A stretch of DNA of 64,000 bases from Vicinamibacteria bacterium (GCA_963668695.2 CAXXLQ010000004.1:3680001-3744000); one strand, 5' to 3'; shown: positions 22,449 through 32,924, numbered from the stretch's first letter. Notes: generated by a model not told the origin, from the letters alone. Numbers and translations: made by a program.

Positions 22449-22877
22449 TCAGGCAGCCGCTTCCGAAGAGGAAGCTGTCTTCGCTACGGGACGGGCCTTG
22501 AGAGCGCGCCGATCCTCTTCCCGAACCCATTCGAGATCGCCCTTCACCCATACGTCCGCGAGCCCGAGGACGAGCATGCCGATGAAGATGAGCCCCGCGA
22601 TCAAGGCTCCGGGGCCGAGGTCAAGATAGACCAGCGCCCAGGGAAGCAGCATGACCGCTTCCACGTCGAAAATGAGAAACACCAGGGCGAAGACGTAGAA
22701 CCGGATGTTGAACTGGACGCCCCAGGGAGTCCCCACCGGATTCTCGCCGCACTCGTAGGGCTGCGACTTGCTGCTGAGCGGCAGCGAGGGGCGGACCAGC
22801 GACGAGGCGAAGAGGGTGACGGTCACGAAGAGCACGCCAACTACGATCGCAACCAGTGGTCCCAGGTATTCGCCCAT
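22449..22877 (-). CDS. nuoA: NADH-quinone oxidoreductase subunit A
   Basis: YECGENPVG..FYVFALVFLIFDVE; start at MGEYLG. Confidence 0.94.
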   Translation of the reverse strand: MGEYLGPLVAIVVGVLFVTVTLFASSLVRPSLPLSSKSQPYECGENPVGTPWGVQFNIRFYVFALVFLIFDVEAVMLLPWALVYLDLGPGALIAGLIFIGMLVLGLADVWVKGDLEWVREEDRRALKARPVAKTASSSEAAA

Positions 22878-23018
22878 CGAAATTCTAAGAACCGCCGCCT
22901 CGGCAACCCGGGCCGCGGAACGCACAGAATTCTATCGGGCGGCCCGACAATGGTAAAGAGCAAACGTCCGGGAAGACACCTCCCGAGAAGCCTGCCGTCC
23001 CCGCCCTCGCCTGCCGCC

Positions 23019-23732
23019 GTGATCTCGATCGTAATCCCGACACTCGACTCCGCAAGAACCGTGGGCGACGCCGTCCGCTCGGCTCCCCGGGGCGCGGAGG
23101 TGATCGTGGTGGACGGGGGCAGCCGCGACGACACCGCGGGAGAGGCGGAGCGCGCCGGAGCGCGGGTCATGGTTTCGTCGCGGGGCCGCGCCACCCAGAT
23201 GAATGCCGGAGCCCGCGCCGCCGGCGGGGAGGTCCTGGTGTTCCTCCACGCCGACTGCCGGCTACCCGAGGACGGGGTCGGACAGATCCGGAGCGTGCTT
23301 GCCCGCCCCGGGGTTATCGGCGGCTGGTTTCCGCAGCGGATCGAGGCCGCCGGAGCTCTGCTCCGGCTGGGAGCCCGTGGGTCGAACGGGCGGGCGCGCT
23401 GGCTTCAGCTTCCGTACGGGGACCAGGCGATTTTCACCCGGCGGGACGTCTTCCAGCAGGTCGGGGAATTTCCCGAGGACCCGATCATGGAGGACGCCGG
23501 CCTCGCGCGCCGTCTGCGGGGCGTCGGCCGCCTCGAGCCGGCGGCATCCGCCGTGACCACCGGACCCGAGCACTGGCAGCGGCTGGGGCCGGTGCTGACC
23601 GCCCTCCTCGACTACCTGACGCTGGGTGCGTGGCTGATCGGTGTTCCTCCCGAGTGGATCGCACGGGTGTATTTCCCGCTCCAACGGGGGTCTAGGGGCC
23701 GGAGTCCCCATCGAACAAAACCGGATTCCTGA
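23019..23732 (+). CDS. GT2 glycosyltransferase, TIGR04283-like (arsenosugar-associated family)
   Basis: ISIVIPTL, VIVVDGGSRDDT, GRATQMNAGA, FLHAD, PYGDQAIF and PIMED. An alternative ATG lies at 22950. Confidence 0.85.
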   Translation: MISIVIPTLDSARTVGDAVRSAPRGAEVIVVDGGSRDDTAGEAERAGARVMVSSRGRATQMNAGARAAGGEVLVFLHADCRLPEDGVGQIRSVLARPGVIGGWFPQRIEAAGALLRLGARGSNGRARWLQLPYGDQAIFTRRDVFQQVGEFPEDPIMEDAGLARRLRGVGRLEPAASAVTTGPEHWQRLGPVLTALLDYLTLGAWLIGVPPEWIARVYFPLQRGSRGRSPHRTKPDS

Positions 23733-23792
23733 ATCGCGCCTGACGCCGGCTGCCTTTCGCACCGGCGGTTTCGGCCTGTCTATACTGGTAGA

Positions 23793-24010
23793 ACAGCCTA
23801 TGGTGAAACCCAGACGGCGTTCGGCCAGCGATCCATCCCGGCTGAACCGCGTCGCTTCGCTCCGCTCATCGTTGCGTTTCGGTCGCAATACACTCGGTAT
23901 TCCTCCCTCACGCGCCTTGTCAGCCGGACCCCCACCGGGAGAACTGGGCCTCGCCCCCACCGGGAGAACTGGCCGGCCTCGGCGCTCACCCGGGTTCCAC
24001 CACAGGCTGT
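23793..24010. mobile_element. MITE copy upstream of the cus leader ORF
   Basis: ACAGCCTATGGTGAAACCC..GGGTTCCACCACAGGCTGT|TA, with two reverse 18-mers. Confidence 0.88.
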
Positions 24011-24017
24011 TAAAGCG

Positions 24018-24368
24018 ATGAGGCATATCGGGTCGATGCACCGGAAACCGCTCGCCGCCGCGGTACTCGCCGTGGTACTGGCGTTCGCGGTCGTTTGCCC
24101 GCTGATGGCGGCGCCCGGAGTTCCGGCAGACCAGGGGTGCCACAGCAGTTCGGAGCCGGCTCCGGGCGAAGAACGCGCCAGCGTGTGCTGTTCCTCGGTC
24201 ACGGTTCCCAAGCTGCTTGCGCCCGGCCCGGGACTGGTGGCGGCTCTGCCCGCCTCCTTCGAGGCCGCGCCGGACATTCCGAGGTGGAACCACCAATCGG
24301 ATGGTCCCCTTCCCTTCCGGAAGCCGAAGCCGCCTCTCTTCGTCCAGCACGCCGCACTGCTGATCTGA
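24018..24368 (+). CDS. Small exported Cys/His-containing protein upstream of cusC (possible metal-responsive leader)
   Basis: Signal/TM segment, GCH and VCC, and a Pro-rich C-terminus RKPKPPLFVQHAALLI. Confidence 0.6.
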   Translation: MRHIGSMHRKPLAAAVLAVVLAFAVVCPLMAAPGVPADQGCHSSSEPAPGEERASVCCSSVTVPKLLAPGPGLVAALPASFEAAPDIPRWNHQSDGPLPFRKPKPPLFVQHAALLI

Positions 24369-24611
24369 GTTCCCGTCGTCCGAACGTTCGGTCCCGCTGA
24401 GCCGAGCGTCGCCGGAACGGGCCCACGCATCGCGCGCGGCGCCCCGTACCGCGCGGCCCCGGCCAGTTCTCCTGACGATCGGCGGCCTCCGCGTTGAAAA
24501 AGTAAACGCGGGGCGGTTCTCCGGGCGCATCGCAAGCCCGGCGACCCGTCAGAACTCCGTGCCGAAAGGCCCGATCTGACGCGCCCTCTGCTGGCGATAC
24601 CCCCACTCACC

Positions 24612-25937
24612 GTGCCTTTATCACGATCCCTCGCCGTAGCCGCTGTGCTGGCGGCGCGCCTGGCAGCCGCCGAAGGAGTCCAGCCGGATTCCCGGCCCGA
24701 TGCGTACGCCGCGGAACCGGACCTCCGAAGCTGCCTGGACAGCGCCATCGAGCACAACCCCGCCCTGCTGGCTTCCCAAGCCAGGTACCAGGCCGCACGG
24801 CAGCGCGTTCCCCAGGTAACTGCGCTGCCGGACCCGACGCTCAACGTCAGCCAGGCGCTCCGTAGCGTGGAAACGCGCGTCGGGTCCCAGACGGGCGGGA
24901 TCACCCTGACCCAGGCGCTTCCCTGGTTCGGCACTCGCGATCTCCGCGGCCGGGTCGCGGTCTCGGAGGCGGACGCCCAGTACCGCCTCCACCAGGCCGA
25001 GGAGCGCGAGGTCATCGCCCGCGTCAAACGGACTTTCTATGACATCGCGTACCTGGACGCCGTTCTTCGGCTCTCGGACGAGGAGCAGTTGCTGCTCGAC
25101 CACTACGAAACGCTGGCGAGTGCGCGCTATTCGACCGGCCAGGGTCTCCAGCACGCGGTCATCCGGCTGCAGGCGGAGCTGACGCGGGTCAGCGACCGCC
25201 AGTGGCAACTCGAGCGGCAGCGCCGGATCCTCGCCGTGAACCTGAACACGCTGTGTGGCCGGCCCCCGGACACCCCGGTACCTCCCGTCCCTTCGCTCGA
25301 GAGGCCCCCGGCGACCCTGGACCGGGAGCAACTCCTGGATCTGGGAGAGCGGTACCGGCAGGAACTCCTCGCGGCGGCGGCCCTCATCGAAGCCAGCGAA
25401 GAAGCCGTGGAGTTGGCCGGGATGAGCTTCCGGCCCCGCTTCACCGCGAGCTTGGCGGTGATGAACGTGGCCGGGCGTGATCCCCTCGGAGGTTTCGGGC
25501 CGCTTCCTCCGGACGAGGGCAAGAACTCGGTCAGCGTTTCCCTGGGCGTGTCGCTGCCGGTCTGGAAGGACAGCTACCGCGCCGGACTCGAAGAGGCCCG
25601 GTACCAGCTCACGGCGAATCGGCGCCGTCTCGAGGATGCGCAACAGAGCATGGCGAACACCGTGCACGAGACGCTGATCCGCATCGAAACGCTCGACGAA
25701 CAGATCGAGCTGCTGGACACCGTGCTGATTCCCCAGAGCGAAGAGGCGCTTCGCGCGACGGAGACCGCCTACGAGACAGTCCAGGTCGGCGTGTTGGATC
25801 TGCTCGACAGCGAGCGGGTCCAGCTCGACGTCCTGAAGATGCGCGCGCGTTACCTCTCCGATTTCCTCATCGCGCTGGCAGATCTCGAAAGGGGCATCGG
25901 CACCCGCGTTCCTCTCCGCGACCCGAGGACATCATGA
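24612..25937 (+). CDS. cusC: TolC-family outer membrane efflux protein (CusC-like)
   Basis: OEP-type helical repeats (AIEHNPALLA, LPDPTL, LERGIG); overlaps the next gene at ATGA. Confidence 0.85.
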   Translation: MPLSRSLAVAAVLAARLAAAEGVQPDSRPDAYAAEPDLRSCLDSAIEHNPALLASQARYQAARQRVPQVTALPDPTLNVSQALRSVETRVGSQTGGITLTQALPWFGTRDLRGRVAVSEADAQYRLHQAEEREVIARVKRTFYDIAYLDAVLRLSDEEQLLLDHYETLASARYSTGQGLQHAVIRLQAELTRVSDRQWQLERQRRILAVNLNTLCGRPPDTPVPPVPSLERPPATLDREQLLDLGERYRQELLAAAALIEASEEAVELAGMSFRPRFTASLAVMNVAGRDPLGGFGPLPPDEGKNSVSVSLGVSLPVWKDSYRAGLEEARYQLTANRRRLEDAQQSMANTVHETLIRIETLDEQIELLDTVLIPQSEEALRATETAYETVQVGVLDLLDSERVQLDVLKMRARYLSDFLIALADLERGIGTRVPLRDPRTS

Positions 25938-27397
25938 ATCGGGCTCTGGCAATCGGCGCCGGCAGCTTCCTCGCCGGGGTAGGGATCGCCGCTCTTTTGG
26001 TGTTCGGGCTTGGCGGCTGGGAGTGGCCGCCCCCCTTCCTGGCGGTCCAGGACGCCGGCGAAGGTGCCGGATCGGACGACCCGCCCGCAAAGGCTGAACG
26101 GGAGATCCTCTACTGGAGGGCCCCCATGGACCCGAACTTCATTTCGGACCGGCCGGGCAAATCCTCCATGGGCATGGATCTCGTCCCGGTGTACGCGGAC
26201 GAAGCAGAGAGCCAGCCGGAGGGCACGGTGCGCATCGACCCGACCTTCGTACAACGCATCGGGGTCCGGACGGCGGCCGTCGAGCGTCGCGACATCGCGC
26301 AGACCATCCACACCGTCGGCACCATTGCCCACAACGACAAGCAGATCGCCTGGGTGAACACCAAGATCGACGGCTGGATCGAGAACATTGCGGTGAACTA
26401 TCTCGGGGAGACGGTCGAGAAGGGCCAGGTTCTCTTCGACATCTACAGCCCGCAACTGGTCACCACCCAGACCGACTACCTCAACGCGGTGCGCTATGCC
26501 AAGCGGCTCGACGCCTCGCAGTACCCCGACGTCGCCGCCAGGGCGCAGTCGCTGGTCGCATCGGCACGCGCCCGGCTCCGCCACTGGGACATCACAGACG
26601 AACAGATCGAAACGCTCGAGCGGGAGGAGACGCCGCGGCGCACGCTCTCGGTGGTCTCCCCGGTAGCCGGGGTGGTCGTCCAAAAGATGGACGCGGCGCT
26701 GGACGGCATGTACGTCCGGCCGGGAATGAATCTCTACAAGCTGGCGGACCTGACCACCATCTGGGTGGACGTCGAGATCTTCGAGCACCAGGTGGAAGCC
26801 ATGCGGATCGGCCAGCGGGCCGAGGTGGAGCTGCCCTACGTGCCGGGACGGCCCTACACGGGATTCGTCCGCTACCTCTACCCGCATTTCAACCAGGAAA
26901 CCCGCACGATGACGGTGTCCATCGAGCTCGCGAATCCGGACCTGACCTTGCGCGCGGGGATGTACGCGAACGTCACCTTCGATGTCCCGGTGGCCGGGAA
27001 CGCCCTCGCCGTGCCCGAAGAAGCGGTGATCCGGAGCGGCACCCGGAACCTCGTCGTCCTCGAGCTTTCACCGGGCCTGTTTCGCGTAGCGGAGGTCACG
27101 CTCGGAGCGGGAGCCGACGGGTTCCGGGAGGTGCGCGAGGGGATCTCCGAGGGAGACAAGGTCGTGGTCTCGGCGCAGTTCCTGATCGATTCCGAGAGCA
27201 ACCTCACCCAGGCGATCAGGGCTCTTACGCGGGAATCCGAAGCGCGGGAATCCGAAGCGCGGGAATCCGAAGCGCGGGAATCCGAAGCGCCGGAACCCGA
27301 AGCGCCGGAACCCGAAGCGCGGGAATCCGAAGCGCGGGAATCCGAAGCGCCGGAACCCGAAGCGCCAACCCACGACCTGTCGCATCAGCACCACTGA
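25934..27397 (+). CDS. cusB: RND periplasmic adaptor CusB with N-terminal heavy-metal-binding domain
   Basis: [28 protein letters not shown] and [10 protein letters not shown]; His-rich tail. Confidence 0.9.
   Translation: MNRALAIGAGSFLAGVGIAALLVFGLGGWEWPPPFLAVQDAGEGAGSDDPPAKAEREILYWRAPMDPNFISDRPGKSSMGMDLVPVYADEAESQPEGTVRIDPTFVQRIGVRTAAVERRDIAQTIHTVGTIAHNDKQIAWVNTKIDGWIENIAVNYLGETVEKGQVLFDIYSPQLVTTQTDYLNAVRYAKRLDASQYPDVAARAQSLVASARARLRHWDITDEQIETLEREETPRRTLSVVSPVAGVVVQKMDAALDGMYVRPGMNLYKLADLTTIWVDVEIFEHQVEAMRIGQRAEVELPYVPGRPYTGFVRYLYPHFNQETRTMTVSIELANPDLTLRAGMYANVTFDVPVAGNALAVPEEAVIRSGTRNLVVLELSPGLFRVAEVTLGAGADGFREVREGISEGDKVVVSAQFLIDSESNLTQAIRALTRESEARESEARESEARESEAPEPEAPEPEARESEARESEAPEPEAPTHDLSHQHH
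27230..27364 (+). repeat. In-frame 15-bp tandem repeat x9 ([10 protein letters not shown]) in the cusB tail
   Basis: C(G/C)GGAA(T/C)CCGAAGCG units. Confidence 0.95.
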
Positions 27398-27403
27398 CCG
27401 CTC

Positions 27404-30400
27404 ATGGAAGAAACACCCCGCGGCGCACCGCCGACGCTGGACGGGCGAGAACCGCGCCAACCGGACGCGAAGCAACCGATGCTCGCAAGAACCATCGAAT
27501 GGTCGCTTCGGAACCGCCTGTTCGTCCTCGTGGCCACCATCTTCCTCGCGGTGGGCGGATTCCAGGCGCTCCGCGCAACGCCCCTCGACGCATTGCCCGA
27601 TCTGTCGGATGTCCAGGTGATCATCTTCACCGACTATCCGGGACAGGCGCCGCAGGTGGTGGAGGACCAGGTCACCTACCCGATCACCACCCAGATGCTC
27701 GCGGTTCCCTACGCCCAGGTGGTGCGCGGCTATTCGTTCTTCGGGTTTTCGTTCGTCTATGTGATTTTCGAGGACGGCACCGACCTCTACTGGGCGCGGA
27801 GCCGCGTTCTCGAGTACCTCAACTACGTCAGCGGGAGGCTGCCGGAGGGAGTCACTCCCACGCTCGGTCCCGACGCCAGCGGCGTTGGGTGGGCGTACAT
27901 GTACGCGCTGCGCTCCGAGGACAAGGACCTCGCCGAACTGCGGTCGCTCCAGGACTGGTTCCTCAAGTACGAACTCACCGCGGTGCCGGGAGTCTCCGAG
28001 GTAGCGAGCGTCGGCGGGTTCGTGCGGCAGTACCAGATCACCGTGGATCCGAACCGGCTACGCGCCTACAACATATCCCTCTCGCGAATTCGCGACGCCG
28101 TCCGGCGCAGTAACAGCGACGTGGGTGGAGGGGTGTTCGAGACGGCGGAGACCGAGTTCATGGTGCGGGGGGAGGGGTACATCACGGGGCTCGACGACGT
28201 CCGCAGCATCGCACTCGGGGTGGACGCATCCGGTACCCCGGTCACGGTGCAGGACGTTGCGACCGTGCAGTTCGGCCCGGAGATCCGGCGCGGCCTTGCC
28301 GAGCTGAACGGCGAGGGGGAAGTGGTCGGCGCCATCGTGGTCGTGCGGTCCGGCGAAAACGTGCACGAGGTGGTAACCCGGGTCAAGGCGCGGCTCGACG
28401 AACTGCGGCCCGGACTCCCGGCAGGAGTCGAGATCGTCCCGGTCTATGACCGGACGGTCCTGATCGAGAATTCCGTCGCCACCCTCCAGCGGAAGCTGCT
28501 CGAAGAAATGGCGATCGTCGCGCTGGTGTGCGCGGTGTTCCTGCTGCACCTGCGCTCCGCACTGGTCGCGGTCCTCACCTTGCCGCTCGCGGTGCTCATG
28601 GCCTTCATCGTGATGTACGTGCAGGGAGTCGGCGCCAACATCATGTCGCTCGGCGGCATCGCGATCGCCATCGGCGCCATGGTCGACGCGGCAATCGTGA
28701 TCGTCGAGAACGCCCACCGCCACCTCGAGCGCGACCGGGGCCGGATTCCCCACTGGCGGATCATCGCCCGCGCGTCCACCGAGGTGGGGCCGACTCTGTT
28801 CTTCGCGCTGCTGGTGATCACGATCTCCTTCGCGCCCATCTTCGCGCTGGAAGCACAGGAAGGCCGGCTCTTCCGGCCGCTCGCGTTCACCAAGACGTAC
28901 GCGATGGCCGCCGCCGCGCTGCTCTCCGTGACCGTGGTGCCGGTCCTCGCCGGGTACTGGATCCGCGGGCGCATCCGGCCGGCTCGCGACAATCCGATCA
29001 CCCGTGCCCTCATGGCGCTCTACCGGCCCCTGCTCCGGCGGGTCCTGGCGTGGCGCTGGGCCGTGCTCGCGCTGACCATCGCGGCGGCCGGCGTTACGGC
29101 GGTTCCCGCGTTGCGACTCGGCTCGGAGTTCATGCCGCCGCTCTGGGAAGGCGACCTGCTCTACATGCCGACCACCCTGCCCGGGGTTTCCATCACCAAG
29201 GCCCGCGAGATCCTCCAGGAGACGGACCAGATTCTCACGACCTTCCCCGAAGTGGAGCTGGTCTTCGGCAAGGTGGGCCGGGCCGAGACCGCGACGGATC
29301 CGGCGCCCCTGAGCATGATCGAAACGACGATCCTGCTGAAGCCGGAGGACGAGTGGCGGTCCGGGATGACCCCGGACCGGCTGATCGCGGAAATGGACGA
29401 CGCCATCCGCTTTCCGGGCCTGACGAACGCGTGGACCATGCCCATCAAGACCCGGATCGACATGTTGTCCACCGGCATCAAGACCCCGGTGGGGATCAAG
29501 CTCTCCGGCCCCGACCTCGCGGTCCTCGAAGAACTCGGCAGCCGGGTCGAAGCCGTGGTACGCGACGTACCCGGAACCCGGTCGGCCTACTCGGAGCGCG
29601 TCATGGGCGGCAACTACCTGAACTTCAAGATCCGGCGGGACGCCATCGCGCGCTACGGGCTGACGGTCGGGGACGTCCAGGACGTCATCCAGTCGGCGAT
29701 CGGCGGAATGAACATCACGACTACGGTGGAGGGGCTCGAGCGCTACCCCGTGAACCTCCGCTACCGCCGCGACCTTCGCGACAGCCCTGCCGATTTCGGA
29801 GACATCCTGGTCCAGACGCCGACGAAACAGCAGATTCCGCTTGCGTTTTTGGCGGACATGTCGTTCGTCAAGGGACCACCCGTCATCAAGAGCGAACAGT
29901 CGCGCCCGAATGCCTGGATCTATGTGGACATCGAGGACGTGGACATCGGGACCTACGTCGAGAACGCCCAGGCGGCGGTCGCCGCAGGCGTGGACATTCC
30001 CACCGGCTACAGCCTGCGGTGGAGCGGGCAATACGAGTTCATGCTGCGCGCCCGCAAACGCATGGAGATCATGATCCCGCTCACCCTGCTGCTGATCCTG
30101 CTGACCATCCAGATGAGCACCCGGTCGTTGCCCAGGACCCTGATCGTGGTTTCGGCGGTGCCGCTCTCGTTGATCGGCACCTTCTGGCTCCTCTACGCGC
30201 TCGACTACAACCTGAGCATCGCGGTCGGGGTGGGGATCATCGCGCTCGCCGGACTGAGCGCCGAGACCGGGGTCGTGATGCTGCTGTATCTGGACCGGGC
30301 CTGCGAAGAGGCCGGAACGGAGGGGCGCCTGACCAACCGCGCCGAACTGAGCGCGGCGGTTTTCGATGGAGCCGTCCGCCGGGTGCGGCCGGTCGCCATG

Positions 30401-30610
30401 CTGACCGCCACCACCGCGCTGGGCCTCCTGCCCATCATGTGGAGCACCGGCGCCGGATCCGACGTGATGAAGCGGATCGCCGCCCCCATGGTGGGCGGGG
30501 TGGTCACCGCGGCGCTGGTGGCGCTGGTGGTGTTTCCCGCGATCTACTTCATCTGGCGGGGATGGGGGTTGCCGCGGGCGGAAGATGGCGCCCTGGCGCC
30601 CGTGGAGTAA
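27404..30610 (+). CDS. cusA: Cu(I)/Ag(I) efflux RND permease CusA
   Basis: DALPDLSDVQVI and Met-triad equivalents LLYMPTT, PLSMIET, RIDMLST. The true start may be ATG 27479. Confidence 0.95.
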   Translation: MEETPRGAPPTLDGREPRQPDAKQPMLARTIEWSLRNRLFVLVATIFLAVGGFQALRATPLDALPDLSDVQVIIFTDYPGQAPQVVEDQVTYPITTQMLAVPYAQVVRGYSFFGFSFVYVIFEDGTDLYWARSRVLEYLNYVSGRLPEGVTPTLGPDASGVGWAYMYALRSEDKDLAELRSLQDWFLKYELTAVPGVSEVASVGGFVRQYQITVDPNRLRAYNISLSRIRDAVRRSNSDVGGGVFETAETEFMVRGEGYITGLDDVRSIALGVDASGTPVTVQDVATVQFGPEIRRGLAELNGEGEVVGAIVVVRSGENVHEVVTRVKARLDELRPGLPAGVEIVPVYDRTVLIENSVATLQRKLLEEMAIVALVCAVFLLHLRSALVAVLTLPLAVLMAFIVMYVQGVGANIMSLGGIAIAIGAMVDAAIVIVENAHRHLERDRGRIPHWRIIARASTEVGPTLFFALLVITISFAPIFALEAQEGRLFRPLAFTKTYAMAAAALLSVTVVPVLAGYWIRGRIRPARDNPITRALMALYRPLLRRVLAWRWAVLALTIAAAGVTAVPALRLGSEFMPPLWEGDLLYMPTTLPGVSITKAREILQETDQILTTFPEVELVFGKVGRAETATDPAPLSMIETTILLKPEDEWRSGMTPDRLIAEMDDAIRFPGLTNAWTMPIKTRIDMLSTGIKTPVGIKLSGPDLAVLEELGSRVEAVVRDVPGTRSAYSERVMGGNYLNFKIRRDAIARYGLTVGDVQDVIQSAIGGMNITTTVEGLERYPVNLRYRRDLRDSPADFGDILVQTPTKQQIPLAFLADMSFVKGPPVIKSEQSRPNAWIYVDIEDVDIGTYVENAQAAVAAGVDIPTGYSLRWSGQYEFMLRARKRMEIMIPLTLLLILLTIQMSTRSLPRTLIVVSAVPLSLIGTFWLLYALDYNLSIAVGVGIIALAGLSAETGVVMLLYLDRACEEAGTEGRLTNRAELSAAVFDGAVRRVRPVAMLTATTALGLLPIMWSTGAGSDVMKRIAAPMVGGVVTAALVALVVFPAIYFIWRGWGLPRAEDGALAPVE

Positions 30611-30626
30611 CGGCTCGGTGCCGTTA

Positions 30627-30771
30627 ACAGCCGGTGGTGAAACCCAGGCGGCGTTCGAGCGGCGATGCATCCCGGCTGAACCGCGCCGCTTTGCGGCGCT
30701 CGGCGTTGCGTTTCGGTCGAAATACACTCGGGCCAGTTCTCGTCACTCACCCGGGTTCCACCACAGGCTGT
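30627..30771. mobile_element. Internally deleted MITE copy; supplies the stop of the convergent membrane-protein gene
   Basis: TA|ACAGCCGGTGGTGAAACCC..GGGTTCCACCACAGGCTGT. Confidence 0.85.
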
Positions 30772-31628
30772 TGAGCGGAACCTCCACCCGGCGCCGCGGC
30801 AGTGGCTGAAGAAGCAGGCAGCGCGAGCAGCCCGATCCCGGCGAGCACGGCGAGATCGACAAACAGGAGCGGCGCGAATGGCGGCGCTCCGTGCACGAAG
30901 GCCTCGAAGGGCCGCCCGCCGATGGCGCTGATTCCGGCGTCGAGGTGCAGCCAGAACCCGAGGAGTCCGACTCCAACCTGGAGCAGCAGAGTCAGACCCG
31001 CCAGACGCACGAGTCCCGCCGCCGGCGTCCGCCGCAACCCGACGAGGACCAGGCTCGATACCGCGAGCGCGGCCGCGACGACCGGGATCCACTCGGTCCA
31101 GTACGAAAAGCCGTTCTGCTCGTGGTCAAGGAGCGAGAGCAGGAAGTTGCCCCCGAATCCGCCGGCCGCGAACAGCGTCACCCGCTGGCCCCAACCGAAA
31201 TCGTCGACCGCTTCCCGGAACAAGCCGGTCCGGTTCACCAGTAGCAAGAACCCGATCCCGGCGTAGGCGAGCGGCGCCACGAACGGCGCCGCGTACACCA
31301 ATCCTTCGAGCGCGAAGCGGCGAAAGAAGGCGCTCTCGGGGTGCAGGATCGTGCCCCAGATCCCCACCCCGACCGACAGCGCCCCGATAGCTCCCCCAGC
31401 CCACCGCAGAGCGGGGGCACCGGGCCCGCGCCCGGTCGCGAGCAGCCCGAAGAGAACGAGACCACCGGCCAGCGAGAACCAGAGGGGGAGCCATTCCACG
31501 GGTTCGCGGAACGAGTTCACCGAGTGGGCCAAGAAGATGTCCACCGCCAGAAACAGCAGGTTCCCAGCGAGGAAGATCTCGAGCAGCAGGCGCCGGCGGT
31601 GGCGCAGTTTCGAGAGGGACGGGCTCAC
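30747..31628 (-). CDS. Polytopic membrane protein with internal duplication and 4 His (partner of the multiheme cytochrome)
   Basis: ~8 TMs in two similar halves (LAHSVNSF..EWLP / LDHEQNGF..EWIP; ILHP / WLHL; AAPFVAPL / GAPPFAPL). Confidence 0.75.
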   Translation of the reverse strand: MSPSLSKLRHRRRLLLEIFLAGNLLFLAVDIFLAHSVNSFREPVEWLPLWFSLAGGLVLFGLLATGRGPGAPALRWAGGAIGALSVGVGIWGTILHPESAFFRRFALEGLVYAAPFVAPLAYAGIGFLLLVNRTGLFREAVDDFGWGQRVTLFAAGGFGGNFLLSLLDHEQNGFSYWTEWIPVVAAALAVSSLVLVGLRRTPAAGLVRLAGLTLLLQVGVGLLGFWLHLDAGISAIGGRPFEAFVHGAPPFAPLLFVDLAVLAGIGLLALPASSATAAAPGGGSAQQPVVEPG

Positions 31629-31680
31629 CGCGCCACCGGGACCATTTGGGGGAATCGTGGGCGGGAGGGCGCGACCCCGG

Positions 31681-32924
31681 TCACTCCCGGGAAAGTGCCG
31701 CGATCCGCTCCTCGATCTCGCTGAGCCGGTTCATCAGGTCGTAGGTCCCGTGCCACTGCACGAAGTCGGCGCCGTCCATGAACGCGCCGTGTTTCACCGT
31801 TCGACCGGCGTAGTGCCAGGCATCGAAGAAAAGGAAATCGAGCGGCTCGTCAAACGGCGCGTCGGTCAGCAGCCCGGCTTCTTCGACCTCGGCCATGCGC
31901 TCCATCAGCGCCGCCACCCGTTCGTTCGTAGCATCCACCACTCTTTCCGCCTCGGCGCAGAACTGCTTGATCTGGCTCTCCGCGTGGCACTTGAGGCAAA
32001 TGCCCTGCATCTCCGCCTGCGCCCGGTCGTAGTGCGGACGTTTCTCGGAGACCGGAGCGAAGAGCCACCACGAGAGACGCTCCGTGGTGTCGTGGGTCAC
32101 CTTGGCCCCCTCGAGGCCGCTCAGGTGGCAGGTGGCGCAGGTCGGAACCGGCATGTCGAACGCGGTAAGCAGTTTCGGTTCCGCGTCCAGATTCATGAGG
32201 TGGCGCTGCGCCTCGAAAAGGATGCCGTGCTTCGACGCGCTGTAGATCTCCTTCTGGGCGTGGTCGGGACCCATGTGGCACTGCCCGCAGGTCGCCGGCG
32301 CCCGGGCGAGCGAAATCGCGGTCGAATGACGGCTGTGGCAGGCCGTGCAGGTCCCGATGGAGCCGTCGGCGTTCGGCTGCCCAATGTCGTGACAGCCGAG
32401 GCACCCGGAAACCGCTGTCTCGGACCCCTCGGCCGGGCGAGCGCGTTCGGAGGGCGCCGCACCGCCCCGGGGTGGAGTTCCTCGGCCCGAGCGATCCGCT
32501 CGGCGGGGAAACTGGAGGGGTATCCCTCCGTTCCCCTGACCGCCGCATAGGCGGGAAGCGCGTGGCGGCTGCGTTCGAACTGGCGCACCTCGTCGGCGTG
32601 GCAGTCCTGGCAGGCGAGGGCGGTGGTAGCGGTCGTGATCTCGAAGCCATGGTGCTCGAAGGCTGTCTGACCTGGACGCACCTGGTGACAGTCGAGGCAG
32701 GTGACCCCGGCTCCCGCGTGCGCGCTCATTTCGAACTGCGCGACCACAGCGCCGGTCTCGTTCCGGTGGCAGTTCGCGCACTCGCCGCTCGCCCGGATCT
32801 GTTCCGGCGAGCGGTCGGCGATTCCGGGGCGCGCCCGGTGGAGCAGCACCGCGGCCGCCACCAGCACCCCGGCAATCCCGACAACCACCACCACATCCCG
32901 AAAGCGGATGCCGGAGAGCGCCAC
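31681..32924 (-). pseudogene. Octaheme HAO-family cytochrome c with a single-base frameshift near 32432 (pseudogene or sequencing error)
   Basis: Three CxxCH in the 5' frame and five in the 3' frame. HAO-type motifs CTACHSRH, CGQCHMGPDHAQKEIYSASKHG and PTCATCH. Confidence 0.85.

Noticed and set aside
32425-32440. Programmed ribosomal frameshift in the HAO-like gene
   Set aside because: No X-XXY-YYZ slippery site is visible. A single-G loss (sequencing error or recent mutation) is simpler.
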